Assembly: GCA_964487475.1 (NCBI GenBank)
Contig: CAZAPM010000005.1
Coordinates: forward strand, 1 to 64,000
Length of the DNA stretch: 64,000 nucleotides
Reading direction: 5' to 3'
Origin: an uncultured Planctomycetales bacterium
GTDB lineage: Bacteria > Omnitrophota > Gorgyraeia > Gygaellales > Profunditerraquicolaceae
Part shown: positions 53,628-62,280 of the stretch, piece by piece
How the letters are laid out: the number at the start of each line of letters is the position of its first letter
Numbering within the stretch: the first letter of the stretch is position 1
Position numbers and translations under genes: made by a program
Notes under the pieces: generated by a model
What the model saw: only the letters and a program-made list of their open reading frames with translations
Told to the model about the DNA's origin: nothing
The model's database searches: none

Positions 53628-55799
53628 ATGCCCGCGAAAACAATCGTAATATTCAGCACCAAGGGCGGGGTCGGAAAGACCTTGGTGGCGACCAATCTCG
53701 CAGTCTCCTTGGGTGCGTTGCTGCGCAAAAAGGTCCTGTTGCTCGACCTTGACCTGCAGGCAGCCCAGGACATGTCGCGCGGGCTCGATCTTTTGCCTTC
53801 CCGGTCCCTCTTCAGTTTTGCGGAGGGGCTGCAGGCGGGCGCGGTGCAGCGGCCGATCAAAGACCGTGTCGAGCATGTGGATAAATTCGGCATCGATTTT
53901 CTTCCCGCAGTGCTCAAACCGGGGCATATCGCCCGCCTCGACAGCGCCAAGATCGAGCAGAGCCTTGACGTTTTGGAAAAAGAATACGATTTCATCATCA
54001 TAGACGCGGGACGGGCGTTCTCCGAACAGTTCTTTTCCTGCGTCAACCACGCTAACCTTATCCTTCTGGTAGCGACTCCCGATATCCTCTCCGTATACCA
54101 GACCAAGTGGGCTCTGGATATCCTGCAGACCCTGCATGTGCCCCTGCCCCTGGTCAAGATCGTCCTCAACCGCGCGCAAAGTATCGGCGGGGTAAGCTGG
54201 CAGGAGGTGCGGGCCGCGATCCCCTGCGAGATCATCTGTCGTATCCCCTCCGAAGGCAAGGTCTCCGGAATGGCGTTGAACCGTTCGGTCCCGGTGGTGC
54301 TCGATGCGCCGGGCTCCAAGATGAGCTTGAGCCTCAAACAGTTGTCAGACGACCTGGTAGGGCGGCAGGACTTATTCCTGGAGCGGCAGCACATCGATGT
54401 GCATGCGTTGGACGATTCCCAGGGGGTCTACTCCAAGGAGTTTGAGTTCTGGAAGCGTTTCAAGATCTCCCAGGAAGAATTGGCCGCGGAGGCGGCGGCG
54501 GATAAAGAGTTCGACGAGATCATCGAATTGAAGCGCCGCATCCATCAGAAGCTCATCGATAAGCTCGATCTTAAGCATATCGAGATCGATATGACCGATT
54601 CCGTGAAAGCGGCCCAGGTCCGGGAGAAGACCGAAAAGGTGGTCATCAATTCATTGGCGGAGGAAACAGGGGTGTTCCTGGCTTCTCCGGAAGTGCGCAA
54701 AAGGCTGGTCAAGGAGATCGTGGACGAGGCCCTCGGCCTCGGACCGCTGGAAGACCTGATGGCCGACCATGATATCTCCGATATCATGGTCAATAACCGC
54801 AACCAGATCTATGTGGAACGCCACGGCAAGCTCGAGCTTTCTCCCAAGAGGTTCCTTTCCAACGAGCAGGTGCGACAGGTGATCGAGCGGATCATCGCGC
54901 CCTTAGGCCGGCGTATCGATGAATCCATGCCCATGGTCGACGCGCGCCTTCCCGACGGGTCCCGTGTCAACGCGATCATTCCTCCGTTGTCATTGACCGG
55001 CCCGACCCTGACCATCAGGAAATTCGGCCGTGAGCGGCTGCAGATGGAGGATATGCTGCGCATCGGTTCCCTGACCAGGCATATGGCGGAGTTCATCCAG
55101 GCCTGCGTGCTTTCCCGCAAGAACATGGTGGTTTCCGGAGGCACCGGTTCGGGAAAGACCACGGTCTTGAACGTGCTTTCCGCGTACATCCCCGCAGGCG
55201 AGCGTATCGTGACCATCGAAGACGCCGCGGAGCTGCGCTTGAAGCAGGAGCACTGGGTGAGGCTCGAATCCAAGCCCCCGAACATCGAGGGCAAGGGCGC
55301 GATCACCGCCCGGGACCTGTTCCGCAACTCCCTGCGTATGCGGCCGGATCGCATCATCATCGGGGAGTGCCGCGGCGCGGAGACCCTGGACATGTTGCAG
55401 GCCATGAATACCGGTCACGACGGCTCCATGACCACGATCCATGCCAACTCGACCCAGGACGTTATCTCCCGTATGGACTCCATGATCCTGATGTCCGGCG
55501 TCGAACTTCCGGTGCGCGCCATCCGCGAGATGATCGCATCGGCCGTCAATATTATCGTCCACACCGCCAGGTTGTCAGACGGAACGCGTAAGGTCATGCA
55601 GATCTCCGAGATCATCGGCATCAGGGAGGACCTGCATATCGAGACGCGGGACGTCTTCATCTTCAAGCGTTCCGGGATCGATGCCGAAGGCAAGGTCCTG
55701 GGAGAATACCAGCCTACCGGGTACCTGCCTTCGTTCCTGACCGACCTGCGGCTGCGGGGCATTCCTATCTCTGACGATATCTTCAAGCCCGCTGCATGA
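53628..55799 (+). CDS. cpaF: CpaE/TadZ (MinD/ParA-like) - CpaF/TadA ATPase fusion
   Basis: N-terminal 'KGGVGKT', 'IIIDAG'; C-terminal 'GGTGSGKTT', 'TIEDAAEL', 'RMRPDRIIIGECRG', 'MNTGHDGS'. Confidence 0.92.
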   Translation: MPAKTIVIFSTKGGVGKTLVATNLAVSLGALLRKKVLLLDLDLQAAQDMSRGLDLLPSRSLFSFAEGLQAGAVQRPIKDRVEHVDKFGIDFLPAVLKPGHIARLDSAKIEQSLDVLEKEYDFIIIDAGRAFSEQFFSCVNHANLILLVATPDILSVYQTKWALDILQTLHVPLPLVKIVLNRAQSIGGVSWQEVRAAIPCEIICRIPSEGKVSGMALNRSVPVVLDAPGSKMSLSLKQLSDDLVGRQDLFLERQHIDVHALDDSQGVYSKEFEFWKRFKISQEELAAEAAADKEFDEIIELKRRIHQKLIDKLDLKHIEIDMTDSVKAAQVREKTEKVVINSLAEETGVFLASPEVRKRLVKEIVDEALGLGPLEDLMADHDISDIMVNNRNQIYVERHGKLELSPKRFLSNEQVRQVIERIIAPLGRRIDESMPMVDARLPDGSRVNAIIPPLSLTGPTLTIRKFGRERLQMEDMLRIGSLTRHMAEFIQACVLSRKNMVVSGGTGSGKTTVLNVLSAYIPAGERIVTIEDAAELRLKQEHWVRLESKPPNIEGKGAITARDLFRNSLRMRPDRIIIGECRGAETLDMLQAMNTGHDGSMTTIHANSTQDVISRMDSMILMSGVELPVRAIREMIASAVNIIVHTARLSDGTRKVMQISEIIGIREDLHIETRDVFIFKRSGIDAEGKVLGEYQPTGYLPSFLTDLRLRGIPISDDIFKPAA

Positions 55800-56137
55800 G
55801 GATCAGAAACCTCACCAAAAATACGATACTTGCGGAAGACGCTGAAATAGCGGCGAGTTTTTCCCAGCGTACCAGGGGGCTGTTAGGGAGGGATTCCTTG
55901 CCGCTGGGCAAGGGTATGCACATCTTAAGGTGCAACAGTGTGCACACTTTCTTCATGCGTTTTTCGATCGACGTAGTGTTCCTTTCCGCGCACGGCAAGG
56001 TCCTTAAGACCTTCGTTGCGTTAAAACCATTCCGCATTACCCTGCCGTTGTTCAGGGCCTCGAGCGTGATCGAACTTCCTGCCGGGACAGTCCTTAATTC
56101 GAACACTGAAATAGACGACACAATCGCCATAGAATAA
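55796..56137 (+). CDS. DUF192 family protein
   Basis: 'RTRGLLGR', 'VHTFFMRFSIDVVFL', 'VIELPAG'. Confidence 0.9.
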   Translation: MRIRNLTKNTILAEDAEIAASFSQRTRGLLGRDSLPLGKGMHILRCNSVHTFFMRFSIDVVFLSAHGKVLKTFVALKPFRITLPLFRASSVIELPAGTVLNSNTEIDDTIAIE

Positions 56138-56147
56138 TATTACCAGA

Positions 56148-56175
56148 TTGACATTATATTACCGGATGGTATACT
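56148..56175 (+). promoter_or_regulatory. sigma70 promoter with direct repeats flanking the -35
   Basis: TTGACA-N16-TATACT; ATATTACCRGAT at 56137-56148 and 56156-56167. Confidence 0.6.
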
Positions 56176-56199
56176 AATAATGTCCAAACTGGAGATTTC

Positions 56200-57756
56200 A
56201 TGGGAATAATCTATAAGCTCACGCCGGAAGTAGTCTCCTACATAATCGATCAGAAACGGGATAATCAGAAGATCAGCTGCCGCAGCCTGGTGGCAGTGGT
56301 CAAGGACCGTTTCGGGATCGTCGTTTCCAAATCCAGTATCAATTCCATCTTCAAGAGCGCGAACTTGAGCCAGCCTGTGGGAAGGCCGAGGAGGATGCGC
56401 CGGGGATCGATCGAGTCTGCCGGGATGGGCGGGTTATTGCTCAAGGCTGCGGATTCCCTGGTAGGCGGCTTGGATCTGCTGGCCGAGGAGATATCTGCAG
56501 GAAAGAGCCTCTCCCGGGAGGGGGTCAGGAGCGCCCTGGATACGCTCCTGTTGCGCCCTTTCATCGACGATCATCTGCTGGGCAGGGTAACGGCTTCCTT
56601 TTCCGTGCACAAGGCCGTTCCCGCAGGTCCTTCGACGGGTGAGGCGGCCCAGGAGGATGTTTTTGATCCCGCCCTCGTCTCTCTGTCTCCCTCACAGATA
56701 AAGAAGTTCAGGGAGGCGGTATCCTGCCGCGTGAAGATCGTCTCTATCGGCCTTCCTGACGGCGCCAAGGTGTATTTTGACGGGCAGTGTCATACTTTGC
56801 GGGGGAATGCCCATGTCCCCGCGGTGTTCGGTGTTCCTTTCGCATACGCCAAGCGCGAGGTTTCGGGATTCTTTATGGGGAAGACCCCGCTGGTGTTCCT
56901 TATGGCTCCCGGGTATGAGTCCCCCAGTAAGGAGTTTCTGGGTTTTATAAAAGCTATTGCGACTCAGCATGGCGCTCCTGTTAACGTCGATTTTCTTACT
57001 GAAGCCGGGGAATTCAATTATGGGAAATTCAATATAAATAATAGGTCTAATTTTATCTTTGGACTTTGGCCATGGCAATTTGGACAAAATATAGACGTTA
57101 AATTGTCCAAAGAGACATCAAAAATAGAAATCAGCCATTTAAATAAGGAATATTATTTGTCTGAGGGAGCTGTTACATTCTCGTTCTTGGAAAAGGGGGA
57201 TAAGCTGGGGTTTAGGGTGTGCGCTTTGAGGGAGACCCCGGCCGGGGAACCGAAGATCACTTTGGTTACGAACTTTGATTTTAAGAATGTGGCGGGTGTG
57301 GATGTCGCCAGTATATTCTTCGGTAAATGGCCTGGTTTGGATGATTCCTTCAGGGATTACACGCGCATAATGGAAGGTTATGCTTCTGGCAAGGACCCTA
57401 TGGGATCAAGTGAACCGTATCCATTTGTCAATAATGAGGATACATCAAAAGCTCTTTCTGGTATCATTTCCGAGTATAGGCTGTTCCTTGACTGGTACCT
57501 TAAGCGCTGGCTGGGGGGTGCTGAGTTGAGTGGTTTGACGTATGAGCGTATGTGTGAAACAGTGTATGCGGCAGAGGGGACGTACCGGTTGGGAGTCCGC
57601 GAGCTTACCGCATATTTTTCCGTCGGAGTGAACAACGAATGGTGTGGGGGGCTGGAAAAACTTTGCCGGTCGCTTAACACCAGTAAAGTGGTGTGGGGCG
57701 GTCAAAAAAATGTCCGGTTCCTCCTCCAGAAACCGCTTTCAAAAGAGGGGTCCTGA
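56200..57756 (+). CDS. Hypothetical protein with N-terminal HTH, possibly transposase-derived
   Basis: 'ISCRSLVAVVKDRFGIVVSKSSINSIFK' resembles a transposase winged HTH; AT-rich central and 3' part. Confidence 0.6.
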   Translation: MGIIYKLTPEVVSYIIDQKRDNQKISCRSLVAVVKDRFGIVVSKSSINSIFKSANLSQPVGRPRRMRRGSIESAGMGGLLLKAADSLVGGLDLLAEEISAGKSLSREGVRSALDTLLLRPFIDDHLLGRVTASFSVHKAVPAGPSTGEAAQEDVFDPALVSLSPSQIKKFREAVSCRVKIVSIGLPDGAKVYFDGQCHTLRGNAHVPAVFGVPFAYAKREVSGFFMGKTPLVFLMAPGYESPSKEFLGFIKAIATQHGAPVNVDFLTEAGEFNYGKFNINNRSNFIFGLWPWQFGQNIDVKLSKETSKIEISHLNKEYYLSEGAVTFSFLEKGDKLGFRVCALRETPAGEPKITLVTNFDFKNVAGVDVASIFFGKWPGLDDSFRDYTRIMEGYASGKDPMGSSEPYPFVNNEDTSKALSGIISEYRLFLDWYLKRWLGGAELSGLTYERMCETVYAAEGTYRLGVRELTAYFSVGVNNEWCGGLEKLCRSLNTSKVVWGGQKNVRFLLQKPLSKEGS

Positions 57757-57759
57757 GCC

Positions 57760-57788
57760 TTGCAACCCAGCGCCAGTAATGATATATT
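57760..57788 (+). promoter_or_regulatory. sigma70 promoter of the pilin operon
   Basis: TTGCAA-N17-TATATT directly upstream of the riboswitch. Confidence 0.6.
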
Positions 57789-57808
57789 TAGTATGCAACT
57801 GGTAGCAG

Positions 57809-57915
57809 CGGCAGCGAAAAGGCAAGGCCTTCTGGAGGGAGGGCTACGCAAAGCCACGGGACGGGGTGCAGATTGATTTTCAGTCTGCAGGCGTCAGCCG
57901 GGTTGTCGAAAGCCG
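57809..57915 (+). promoter_or_regulatory. Cyclic di-GMP-I (GEMM-I)-like riboswitch aptamer
   Basis: GGCAA-[P2 GGCCTTCT/GGAGGGCT]-ACGCAAAGCCACGGG-[P3 GACG..TGCAGATTGA/TCAGTCTGCA..CGTC]-AGCCGGGTTGTCGA; P1 CGGC/GCCG. Confidence 0.8.
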
Positions 57916-57946
57916 AAGGAGTGAAGCAGGGATCTTCGGTTTTTTT
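57911..57946 (+). terminator. Riboswitch expression-platform terminator
   Basis: AGCCGAAG...CTTCGGTT followed by a T tract; the 5' arm overlaps the aptamer P1 3' strand. Confidence 0.65.
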
Positions 57947-57982
57947 ATTTGAAAGGGGCTTTGCGTGAAAAGGAGGAGTCAG

Positions 57983-58156
57983 ATGATGAGGTCAAAAAAG
58001 GGACAGAGCACGCTGGAATACATTATCATTTTCACGGTGATAGTGGGCGCAGTGTGGTTCGCGGCAAATACGCTGATCAAGGGCAGGGTCACCAACATGC
58101 TTGACCATGCGAGCGGACAGGCGGAAAAAGCGGTCGAGCACATCAATTTTGAATGA
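57983..58156 (+). CDS. Flp-type prepilin (probable major pilin)
   Basis: AGGAGG SD; class III signal 'KKG/QSTLEY' plus hydrophobic helix; 57 aa. Confidence 0.85.
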   Translation: MMRSKKGQSTLEYIIIFTVIVGAVWFAANTLIKGRVTNMLDHASGQAEKAVEHINFE

Positions 58157-58185
58157 TCCCAAGGCACGATAAGGAGGTGAGTAGC

Positions 58186-58521
58186 ATGCGAGTATTCAGG
58201 GGGATAAGAGGGCAAAGCACTGCGGAGTATGTGATCGTGCTGGGGTTGATCGTGGCCGCGGTGGTGGCCATGCAGACGTACATCAAGCGCGGGTTCAACG
58301 CCAGGATCAAGAATGCCGTGGATTACACCGATGACGGCGGCACGGGTGAGAATATCTTCACCACCAGGCAGTATGAGCCGTATTACATGAAGTCGGACTT
58401 CGAAAGAAGCCGTGAGAGCACCGAAGGGGATTCAATGGCCGAGGACGGCGCCGTGGCGAGAACGGTTGAAGAGGAGACCAGCAGCACGGGATATCAGGAA
58501 CAGACCGCGGTGGTCGAATAA
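58186..58521 (+). CDS. Flp-like prepilin with extended C-terminus
   Basis: AAGGAGGTGA SD; 'RG/QSTAEY...AMQTYIKRG'. Confidence 0.82.
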   Translation: MRVFRGIRGQSTAEYVIVLGLIVAAVVAMQTYIKRGFNARIKNAVDYTDDGGTGENIFTTRQYEPYYMKSDFERSRESTEGDSMAEDGAVARTVEEETSSTGYQEQTAVVE

Positions 58522-58545
58522 TTCTATTTGTAAGGGGGTGATCAT

Positions 58546-58866
58546 ATGTTTCTCCGTGTAGGCAAGAAGGGGCAGTCAACGCTTGAATATGCAATCCTTA
58601 TCGGCGTAGTCGTAGCCGGTCTGATCGCGATGCAGGTGTACCTGAAAAGAGGTATTCAGGGCGGGCTCAGGGAATCCGCGGATACCGCCGGAAAGCAGTT
58701 CTCTCCGGGGCATACTACGAACGAGTATACCACTACCAGTACCACGTCCTCCAAGGAGACCGTCATGGGAGGGGTGACCCGGACCGAGATCACCGACCAG
58801 CAGGTGGAGCGCGAGGGTTCGGAAGAGGTCGCGACCCAGGGTAACGAGAACTGGTGGCCTGAATAA
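58546..58866 (+). CDS. Flp-like prepilin with extended C-terminus
   Basis: 'KKG/QSTLEY...AMQVYLKRG'. Confidence 0.82.
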   Translation: MFLRVGKKGQSTLEYAILIGVVVAGLIAMQVYLKRGIQGGLRESADTAGKQFSPGHTTNEYTTTSTTSSKETVMGGVTRTEITDQQVEREGSEEVATQGNENWWPE

Positions 58867-58940
58867 TCCGTGTCTTCCCCAGGCATCTGCGTGTGCCTGG
58901 GGACGGATCCCGGGGGTTCAACGGCATCAAAGGAGGGTAA

Positions 58941-59792
58941 ATGTCTTCGGCGTTAGGTGTATACTTCGCGGTGTTCGCAGGAGTGTTCGGGGTGGTCTGG
59001 TTCGTCTTCCCGGCGCTGCAGGAGCGCATGGAACAGTGGCAGCGCGGGCGCATGAACAGAATGACCCCCCGTCTGGATAAGATGTTTTTGGATATACCTA
59101 TACAAAAGCTTTTGCTCCTCGATCTGGGTATCCCTCTTGCTTGCGGCGCAGCGGGTTTCATGATGACCCGGAGCCTGGTGATGAGCGTGGCTTCGGCTGC
59201 GGTGGGGCTTTTGATCCCCATGATCATCATCAAACAGCTGGAAGCGGCCCGGCGCAGGAAATTCGCATCCCAGCTGGTGGACGGCTTAATGATCCTTTCC
59301 AGTTCTCTGAAAGCGGGCTTGAGCCTGATGCAGGCGTTCGAATCCCTGGTCGAGGAGATGTCGGCGCCGATCAGCCAGGAGTTCAGCCTGGTGGTCAGGC
59401 AGATGCAGATGGGCGTTTCCCTGGAAGAGGCGATCAATAACCTCAAAAAGCGGATGAAGGTGGAGGAGCTGGATATGGTGGTGACCGCCATGCTGGTGGC
59501 GAGGGAGACCGGCGGCGACCTTACCACGACCTTTACCCGGGTCATTTATACCATTCAGGAGCGCAATAAGCTCATCGGCCGGGTGAACGCGCTGTGTATC
59601 CAGGGGAAGCTGCAGGGTATCATCATGTCGGCCCTGCCGGTGGTGTTCGGCATCTTCGTCTATAAAGTTACTCCGGACTTTTTCGATATTTTTCTCAAGG
59701 ATAATTTCGGCAGGATGCTTTTCGGGTATGCGATCATCTCCGAGATCCTGGGAGTGATCTTCATCGCAAAATTCAGCAAGGTCGACGTATAG
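58941..59792 (+). CDS. tadB: Flp pilus inner membrane platform protein TadB
   Basis: T2SSF-like; 'QLVDGLMILSSSLKAGLSL', 'RETGGDL'. Confidence 0.9.
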   Translation: MSSALGVYFAVFAGVFGVVWFVFPALQERMEQWQRGRMNRMTPRLDKMFLDIPIQKLLLLDLGIPLACGAAGFMMTRSLVMSVASAAVGLLIPMIIIKQLEAARRRKFASQLVDGLMILSSSLKAGLSLMQAFESLVEEMSAPISQEFSLVVRQMQMGVSLEEAINNLKKRMKVEELDMVVTAMLVARETGGDLTTTFTRVIYTIQERNKLIGRVNALCIQGKLQGIIMSALPVVFGIFVYKVTPDFFDIFLKDNFGRMLFGYAIISEILGVIFIAKFSKVDV

Positions 59793-59804
59793 AAGGAGCA
59801 GAAC

Positions 59805-60704
59805 ATGCCTGTGGCGATCGCGTTATTGTTCGGAGTGACGGTATATTTCCTCCTGCAGTTCTTTAAGCCGGAGTTGTTCCGCGATGCGGACTCCAGTCTG
59901 CCGGACAGTTATTTCGAGGATAAAGCCAGGCAGGAGGCCCAGGGAGAAGCCCTGTTGCGCGGGGAGACCAGGAGCTGGGTGCCGCTTTCGACACGGTTCA
60001 AAGATGCCGAGGCCAAGATCCCTTTTTCCTTGAGCGGTCTGAAACGCAAACTGCTTAAAGCCGGATCTCCCATGGGGGTGCTGGAATTCCTCGCGTTCAA
60101 GGTGGTGGCGATAGTCGGGCTGGCGGTGATAGGCGGCGCCTTTGCCGGAAACTCTCCAAGGGAAGGTATCATCCTGGCAGGCGCGCTGGTAGGTTTCGTG
60201 CTCCCCGAGATGTGGCTTAACGGAAAGATAAAGAAACGCCAGGCGAGCATCCGCCGTGACCTTCCCAACATCATCGATTTGCTTAACCTTTGCGTGAGCG
60301 GCGGCCTGGATTTTATGCTGGCGGTCAACCGCGTGGTGCGGGATCTAAAGCCCTGCGAGTTAACGCGTGAACTGGCGGAGGTGTACCGGGAAACGCAGAT
60401 GGGAAAGAGCCGGCGCGATTCTTTGAAGAATTTCGCCTGGCGCATCGATATGCCGGAGACGTATTCCTTTGTGCGCACCCTGGTGCAGGCGGACCGCATG
60501 GGTACGCCTATGTCAGAGGCGCTCAATGTGCAGGCCGAGGAGATGCGGGTGCGCCGTTTCCAGAACGGGGAATCGATGGCGCTCAAGGCGCCCATCAAGC
60601 TGCTTTTTCCGCTGTTCGTGTTCATTTTGCCGGTGGTCTTGATCATCGTCGGCGCCCCGATCATCATCCAGTTCACCAGGGGCGGGGTCAATTTCGGGTT
60701 TTAA
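59805..60704 (+). CDS. tadC: Flp pilus inner membrane platform protein TadC
   Basis: 'DLPNIIDLL...GLDF..A', 'QADRMGTP', 'KLLFPL'. Confidence 0.9.
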   Translation: MPVAIALLFGVTVYFLLQFFKPELFRDADSSLPDSYFEDKARQEAQGEALLRGETRSWVPLSTRFKDAEAKIPFSLSGLKRKLLKAGSPMGVLEFLAFKVVAIVGLAVIGGAFAGNSPREGIILAGALVGFVLPEMWLNGKIKKRQASIRRDLPNIIDLLNLCVSGGLDFMLAVNRVVRDLKPCELTRELAEVYRETQMGKSRRDSLKNFAWRIDMPETYSFVRTLVQADRMGTPMSEALNVQAEEMRVRRFQNGESMALKAPIKLLFPLFVFILPVVLIIVGAPIIIQFTRGGVNFGF

Positions 60705-60724
60705 CGGAGGAGTGTAAAGAAGCG

Positions 60725-60934
60725 ATGAGACGCATACGTTCTGAAAGAGGGCAGAGCACCGCGGAGTATTTCATCATGATGGCGGTGGTGCTGGCCGCGG
60801 TCCTGGTGGCGGGCGTGCTGGGACGGGTGCGCAGCTCCATGGGGACGTTCTTCGATGCTGCCGCCGGAGCGATCACGGGTTCTGCCGCGCCGAGCCTCGA
60901 TGCAGCGCCTCCGTGCCGGGTCATAAAGGAGTGA
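60725..60934 (+). CDS. Flp-type prepilin
   Basis: 'RG/QSTAEY' plus hydrophobic helix. Confidence 0.8.
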   Translation: MRRIRSERGQSTAEYFIMMAVVLAAVLVAGVLGRVRSSMGTFFDAAAGAITGSAAPSLDAAPPCRVIKE

Positions 60935-60960
60935 GGGCAACAGGGATGAGAGGAACGGGC

Positions 60961-61119
60961 ATGTATACGAAGAGAAGCCGGGCGCAGACCATGATCGAAT
61001 ACGCGATGCTGGTGATGATCATCACCACCGCGTTGATCGCCATGTTCACGTATATGCGCCGGTCGGTGAACGCCAAGCTCAAGCAGGTGCAGCTCGAGCT
61101 GGATGAGTCCAAACGTTGA
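60961..61119 (+). CDS. Short Flp-like prepilin (alternative start 60946)
   Basis: 'RA/QTMIEY...AMFTYMRR'. Confidence 0.75.
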   Translation: MYTKRSRAQTMIEYAMLVMIITTALIAMFTYMRRSVNAKLKQVQLELDESKR

Positions 61120-61439
61120 TGAGGCGACCCATGCGCAGCCGCGGGCAGACGATGGTGGAATATACGGTGCTGATCGGGGTCGTGACCGTGGCGTTGATCG
61201 CGATGACGGTATACATGAAGCGCGCGCTGCAGGGCAACGTGCGCGACCAGGCGGACCAGGTCTCCGACGGGCAGTTCTATTCTCCGGGAGCGACCACGGG
61301 GAGTACGGTGGTGACGGTGAAGTCGCTCGAGAGCTCCCTCTCCGAAGAGAACACCAGTATTTCGGATGCGGTGCTGGAGCAGGAGACCAGGAAGGACGAG
61401 CAGGTTGCGGCATTCGACCAGGAGCCGAGACGATGGTAA
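61119..61439 (+). CDS. Flp-like prepilin with extended C-terminus
   Basis: 'RG/QTMVEY...AMTVYMKR'; paralog of 58546-58866, both ending in a Trp-containing tail. Confidence 0.8.
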   Translation: MRRPMRSRGQTMVEYTVLIGVVTVALIAMTVYMKRALQGNVRDQADQVSDGQFYSPGATTGSTVVTVKSLESSLSEENTSISDAVLEQETRKDEQVAAFDQEPRRW

Positions 61440-62278
61440 ACGGACGGGGGAGAGGGGCCGGGGGATTCAGTTTTGCCGAATATGTGTTCCTGCTGGCGGC
61501 GGTGTCCGCGATCTTCATCGGGATGAACACCTACGTTAAGCGCGGCGCCCAGGCTAAGATCAAGGGGCTGACCGATCATTTCATCGGCGCCGAGCAGGCG
61601 TCGGATTACTCCACCAGCGATGTCACCAGCGAGACCAGGACCGAGGAGTCTACCACCGCCAATCAACGGCTTTTAAAGGGCGGAGGGATCCAGGTGGCGA
61701 TGCTCGACCGCCGGTATATCGAGTCGAACAGCACCGCCCTCGATACCGACCCTACGTTCATCCCCTCTTCCAGTGCGGCGTTCGTCACCAAGGACCGCAG
61801 CGAGATCACTATTCCCGAATACGGGAACAATACCACCAGTACGGAAGAGCTCATGAAAGACGATTGGTCGGATAAATCCGAGCTGCAGGGGCTGGAGAAC
61901 AAGTATGACACCCTGATTCGCGAAGCGAGCGATCTTATGGATGCTGCGAATAGTACCGCATCCCGCGGCCGCGACCTTATCCGGCAGGCGAACAATATTG
62001 ATTGCAATGACGATGATGATTGCGAGGATGCGCAGGATGATATTCGGGCATCCGGGAATACACTTTTGACAAATTCCACGGCTTTGCTTTCACAGGCGGA
62101 GGAGAAGCTGGCGGCAGCGCAGGAATTGGAGTCGGAGATCGACACTGTTCGCGCCAGACTGAACGTTACGGCGTCGAATACCTCCTCAGGCGAAGAGGAA
62201 GAACTGGTGTCAAGGATCGAAGATGCGCAGGAGTGGCGCAGACTTTTGGTCAACGGAACGGATATACTGGGGGATTGA
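61433..62278 (+). CDS. Large minor pilin-like protein with acidic coiled-coil C-terminus
   Basis: 'GG/FSFAEY...GMNTYVKRG'; 'DCNDDDDCEDAQDD'. Confidence 0.72.
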   Translation: MVNGRGRGAGGFSFAEYVFLLAAVSAIFIGMNTYVKRGAQAKIKGLTDHFIGAEQASDYSTSDVTSETRTEESTTANQRLLKGGGIQVAMLDRRYIESNSTALDTDPTFIPSSSAAFVTKDRSEITIPEYGNNTTSTEELMKDDWSDKSELQGLENKYDTLIREASDLMDAANSTASRGRDLIRQANNIDCNDDDDCEDAQDDIRASGNTLLTNSTALLSQAEEKLAAAQELESEIDTVRARLNVTASNTSSGEEEELVSRIEDAQEWRRLLVNGTDILGD

Positions 62279-62280
62279 CG

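Noticed and set aside
61103..61432. N-terminal extension of the 391-aa ORF
   Set aside because: Overlaps a clear prepilin in another frame; the real start is ATG 61433, just before its own pilin signal.
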